Shown in pieces: positions 59,945 through 64,000 of a stretch of DNA of 64,000 nucleotides; the first letter of the stretch is position 1; each line of letters begins with the position of its first letter. The notes under the pieces are model-generated. The model saw only the letters and a program-made list of their open reading frames with translations. It was not told the origin of the DNA and searched no databases. This DNA is from Daphnia carinata (Eukaryota): contig NC_081334.1 in assembly GCF_022539665.2 (NCBI RefSeq), positions 310,001 to 374,000 of the forward strand, in the 5' to 3' direction. The position numbers and the translations under genes were made by a program.

Positions 59945-60389
59945 GAACTAGAACAGAAGATAACTGAAAAACTGAGGAACTGAAGAACTGAAGCGAACTA
60001 ACTTTTGGGAACAAAAAGGGCATTCTTTTATACTTTCACAAGATTGAGGAAAACATAGCATTTTCGTCAGATGATTCCGGATGCGGAATGTCGCACACGC
60101 ATTTCGTATTCATGGAAATGCATGGCGCGATGTCCTACGCATCTAGCACATCCAATCAGCAATAAGCAGGATGTCAAATGTAATATAAAAAAATAGATTT
60201 CGACGAAAGGGCATCAACACTTGAAGTACGATATTTATAAGACGTAATTTTTCAAAAGAAGGGCAATGGACGTAACATATAATTATATTAATAAGAACAA
60301 CAAACAGACAACAATATAATTCAAAGATTGTATTCTTCTCATGGCTTCGTTACATCACTCCCGGCGGTGCGAGATTACGTCCCGTAATC

Positions 60390-61005
60390 AGACTTGGTAA
60401 GCGAAATCCGGTTCTGGTTCTTGAATTGGGCGACAGCATAACTTGCTGTTAAGTCCGAAAAATCCACAGCCATAACAAATGCGTAAGAAAAGTAGACCCA
60501 GGAGGCAGAGTACGCCGATGAAGAAATAATTTTTAATAGTTTCCCATCAACTGGTATAAGTAGTCACTCCCAGATGCAGATAACAAAACGTTGGTGACAC
60601 TTGGACGATTATTGGTTGAAAACTCACTCGGCGAATGTTCATTCATCGCTGCGGCAATATCAGCCATTATACTCATGTGATCCATAATAGTTTCACTATA
60701 CGCAGGGTTACTTTTATGTTCATAGTCGAAAAATTTCACGTCTTCATACCGAAAAGAATGCGCAAGAGTTTGTACCGGTAATACGATACTTGCGTTCACG
60801 GGCTTCCAAGTGTTATTGCGAACCCATAAGGTATGTCATTGAAGTTCACAAATCCATTGGTCCAAGAACACGGCGAGTATTTCACGAGTTCCCAACCGTC
60901 TAAATTAATTGTACAGTTTTTAAAGTTTGGTTGCGGACCGCAAGATTACGAAGAAGTTACGACGGTTTCAAAGGTCACATTTAAAGGTTTGCACGTTATA
61001 CTACA
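60390..61005 (-). pseudogene. env: env remnant of element 4
   Basis: CGPQP...LDGWELVKYSPC and TLAHSFRYEDVKFFDYEHKSNPAY are homologous to 16477-17523; frameshifted. Confidence 0.88.
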
Positions 61006-62359
61006 TTTTCGATGATTCAGTATAATCGCATACGATCGCTTCTAAGGCTCGAACATTAAGCCCATAAAGACATAGCAGTAAGACAATTGGAAAAGGCGAC
61101 ATTTCTACATATGTCAGAAATACAAAGAAAAAAACATAGGGAAAATTAAACAGAGTAGTGGCCAAAAATATTCTACATCAACATTGGGTTTTTTATAGTT
61201 TTGATTATATATATATTGTTGAAATAAAATAAAAGGCAAAGAAAGAAGAGAAAAGAAAGTAAAAGTAAATAAGAAAAAAAAATTTCGACGACTCTGAAAG
61301 GTCAACGGTTTCCCGTCGGCTTTTCAGTAGCTGCGCTATGGTAAAAGATAGGAAAATAAAAGGGTATCGCATTATAACTGTGTTTTCGGGCATAAGGAAA
61401 ATTTATTTTTAATCGAAAGTGGTATCGTTGGAAAGAGAAGATAATCTTAATTATAGAAAAGAGAAAAATGTTAAAACAGTTTATGGTTTAGCGAGGTGGA
61501 CAAGAAAAAATTAAAAATTCTAAGGAGGAAAAGTTTTGCCGTGCAAGGTCATACACTGCAGTGTGGAAACGAAAGGGAAAGTGAAAACTAGTGTGTGCAA
61601 GAGTTGAGAACTAAAATGCAAAGTGTTGGAGCTACGACTTTGGAGAGTGTAAAGGAAAAGAGATTCACAGGGGAAATAAAACGCAAGGAAATTCTACATC
61701 GTTATTTAGGAAAAATTTTCGTTTGTCAAATGCTACTTGTTGGGTTTTAATATCTTGTTATTTTTCGAAATTATACTACTACTCATTTTACGGCACTGGG
61801 AGAGGGAGATTTTATAAAAGACATACACTATAGAGAAAATGGGAAAAGATCAAGTATTATAAAACATTGTTCTACTGAATACAAAATAATGATTGAATGA
61901 AGAAGGGTGCCAGAAAAGTATCATAAGGAAGCATACGGCACATAAGAAAAACGTATTGTTCGTTTGTTTGTTTTTTTTTGTTTTTTTTTTGTTTTTTTTT
62001 TCACAATTGAACTCGTTTCCAAGAGCACCCATTTATTGTTTATGTATTTTTTTTTTGATGAATATGCTCATGTATAAATGGTTCTGTTTATCTTTTGTCT
62101 GTTATCGAGATAATTATTCGTTTTTATTTATTTTTCTTTTTTTCGAATTACGGGATAAGCATGAAGTCAAACGTGTTGTATCGAACTTCAATAAGGTATA
62201 TGCTAATAGCGAGTATAGACGGTTAGTAATTGTATAATCTGGCTTAGCTTGGTTAAAATTGGTTAATAGGTTAACGGTTATACAGAGTTCGTCCCCTGAC
62301 TGTTTTTTTTTTCTTTGCAGATAAATGTACTTTTTCTTCCCTTTATGAATTTTAGTTAT

Positions 62360-63780
62360 TTTTAATCGTGATAAACAATCTGCATTTTGATGAATACGCC
62401 CCGGCTTATACTTGAATTCATAATTTAATAAAATTGGGATACACGAGAACTGGTGGTGTCACTAAAGAAGTGCGCAATTTCTCAAAAGCGATTAGTTCTT
62501 CGGGTCCCCATGTAAAAGGTTTCCAACTAAGATCTGTACTTTATACTCCAAAATTTTTCGTTGATTATTTGTAACTCAATAAGGGCGTTGCTGAATAGGG
62601 GCCTCGTCCTTCTGTATCAATTGTTTGTTTTATAAGATTAATTTTCCCTAATTCTGAATCTTTTGATGCTAGCAAGACGTGAAAGTTATTTACTAATTTT
62701 GAGAGCGGGGCTTAAAATTCAGAGTCGACTTCTGAAATTAAAACTGGCTCAGCTTCTGCTTTAGGGTTATCTTCCAATTTCACTAGAGAAATTTTTCGAC
62801 AACGTTATTAATAATTTCAATTTCGCCTAATGCAGTGTTTCTAGGAATTTTGATTTGATGCAATTAATGATTATCGACCATAATTTTATAAGTTCCATCT
62901 CCCGATACATTTCCAATAAATTCTTCAATATAAATGTCTGCTGGCAAATTGTTTGCTGGGGTAAATATAAGTGCTGCACTAGGGGGGACATACGGAAATG
63001 AACCTTTCATCTGCGCTGCAATTACTATCGACGTCTGACGAAATAACGTCGTCTTTTTGACCGTAGCAACTGCCATGTCCGGTACCCTAGAGATGGCTGA
63101 TCCCTGCTCATCCCTTGCTAAATAAATGCTCCTGGCCTCTCCGTCAAGCCGAAAACCGTGCTTCTGGATTGCATCCCATCCAAGGATACAGTCTGCAGAA
63201 ACACCATTTGTAATAATAAACTCCTGTCGTAAAACTGACTCTCCGTATCGTACGGGCGATGTAACTGTTCCCAGCGTGTGTAACTTCTTCTCCCCTACAT
63301 CATACAAATCGAAATCAAGCTGACTGCAGATCACTTGACCTCTCGGGGGTAACTTCTTGAATAATCTCTCATGAATAATTTTAGGCGCGTCTGTATCAAA
63401 TAATGCCTGTAACGGGATCTGAAAAAAATTGTAATGGAATTCTTGGGGTCTATCCATTCGTTATAGGGGTTAATTTTGCGACTTGTCGGGATTTAATGTG
63501 AGGCTGCCTATCAACTGACCCGAAGTTACAATTGATAATTATTGGTTTCCATGACGCTGAAAGGGACCTAGAATATTAGGTCTATGGGAGTTTTTGAACT
63601 CAGTACAAGTATTAGATTTATGTTCGAATTCACGACAAGTATAATAGATTGGAAGCTGATATTGTTCCAAGTTCTGACGCTGAAATTGATGACAATTGGA
63701 CTGACTGTGTCCATGATTTCTTCAAAAATTGCAAACTACTATAGGCTGATCTGATCTGTAATTAACATCGTTAGCTGGTC
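62360..63780 (-). pseudogene. pol: gag-pol remnants of element 4
   Basis: The 62864-63457 translation is highly similar to the protease region of element 2 pol; large deletions remove most of RT/IN. Confidence 0.9.
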
Positions 63781-64000
63781 TGAAGAGAACTGAAGAACTG
63801 AAGAGAACTAACTTTTGGGAACAAAAAGGGCATTCTTTTATACTACCACAAGATTGAGGGAAACATAGCATTTCCGTCAGATGACTCCGGATGCGTAGGA
63901 CATCGCACACGCATTTCGTATTCATGGAAATGCATGGCGCGATGTACTACGCATCTAGCACATCCAATCAGCAATAAGCAGGATGTCAAATGTAATATAA

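Larger units (their letters stand above)
53576..64000 (-). mobile_element. Internally deleted relative of element 2 (element 4), runs off the window
   Basis: LTR TGTAAAGCAT...GGCTTCGTTACA (53576-60354, split by MULE); same PPT; env remnant 60390-61005; pol remnants 62360-63460; gag end; part of the second LTR from ~63780. Confidence 0.88.

Overview
AT-rich eukaryotic genomic DNA. It is most likely a crustacean such as Daphnia; this is inferred from ~60-70 nt GT-AG introns and a YYTT/YAAP-repeat gene fragment. The window is almost entirely nested transposons plus broken host-gene copies (EDEM1, TRAPPC10, neuroglian, an Akt PH domain). There are four Ty3/Gypsy LTR elements. (1) 5202-14667 is decayed and carries a Harbinger>hAT nest, a MITE and a 265-bp templated insertion. 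(2) 15719-28451 (- strand) looks intact, with LTRs identical by eye and a complex-retrovirus-like layout: gag with an overprinted 303-aa ORF, a -1 frameshift signal, pol, two paralogous accessory ORFs with their own TATA-like promoters, antisense tRNA-like Pol III modules and a gB/chuvirus-like env. (3) 37890-50555 has an F-type env fused in frame to pol and, in its 3' UTR, an intact intron-containing antisense gene (156 aa) that the ORF track splits. (4) 53576->64000 is a deleted relative of element 2, with a PHD-FLYWCH-MULE transposon in its LTR. The best novelty candidates are the accessory systems of elements 2 and 3. Family assignments come from motif recognition by eye, not database searches.
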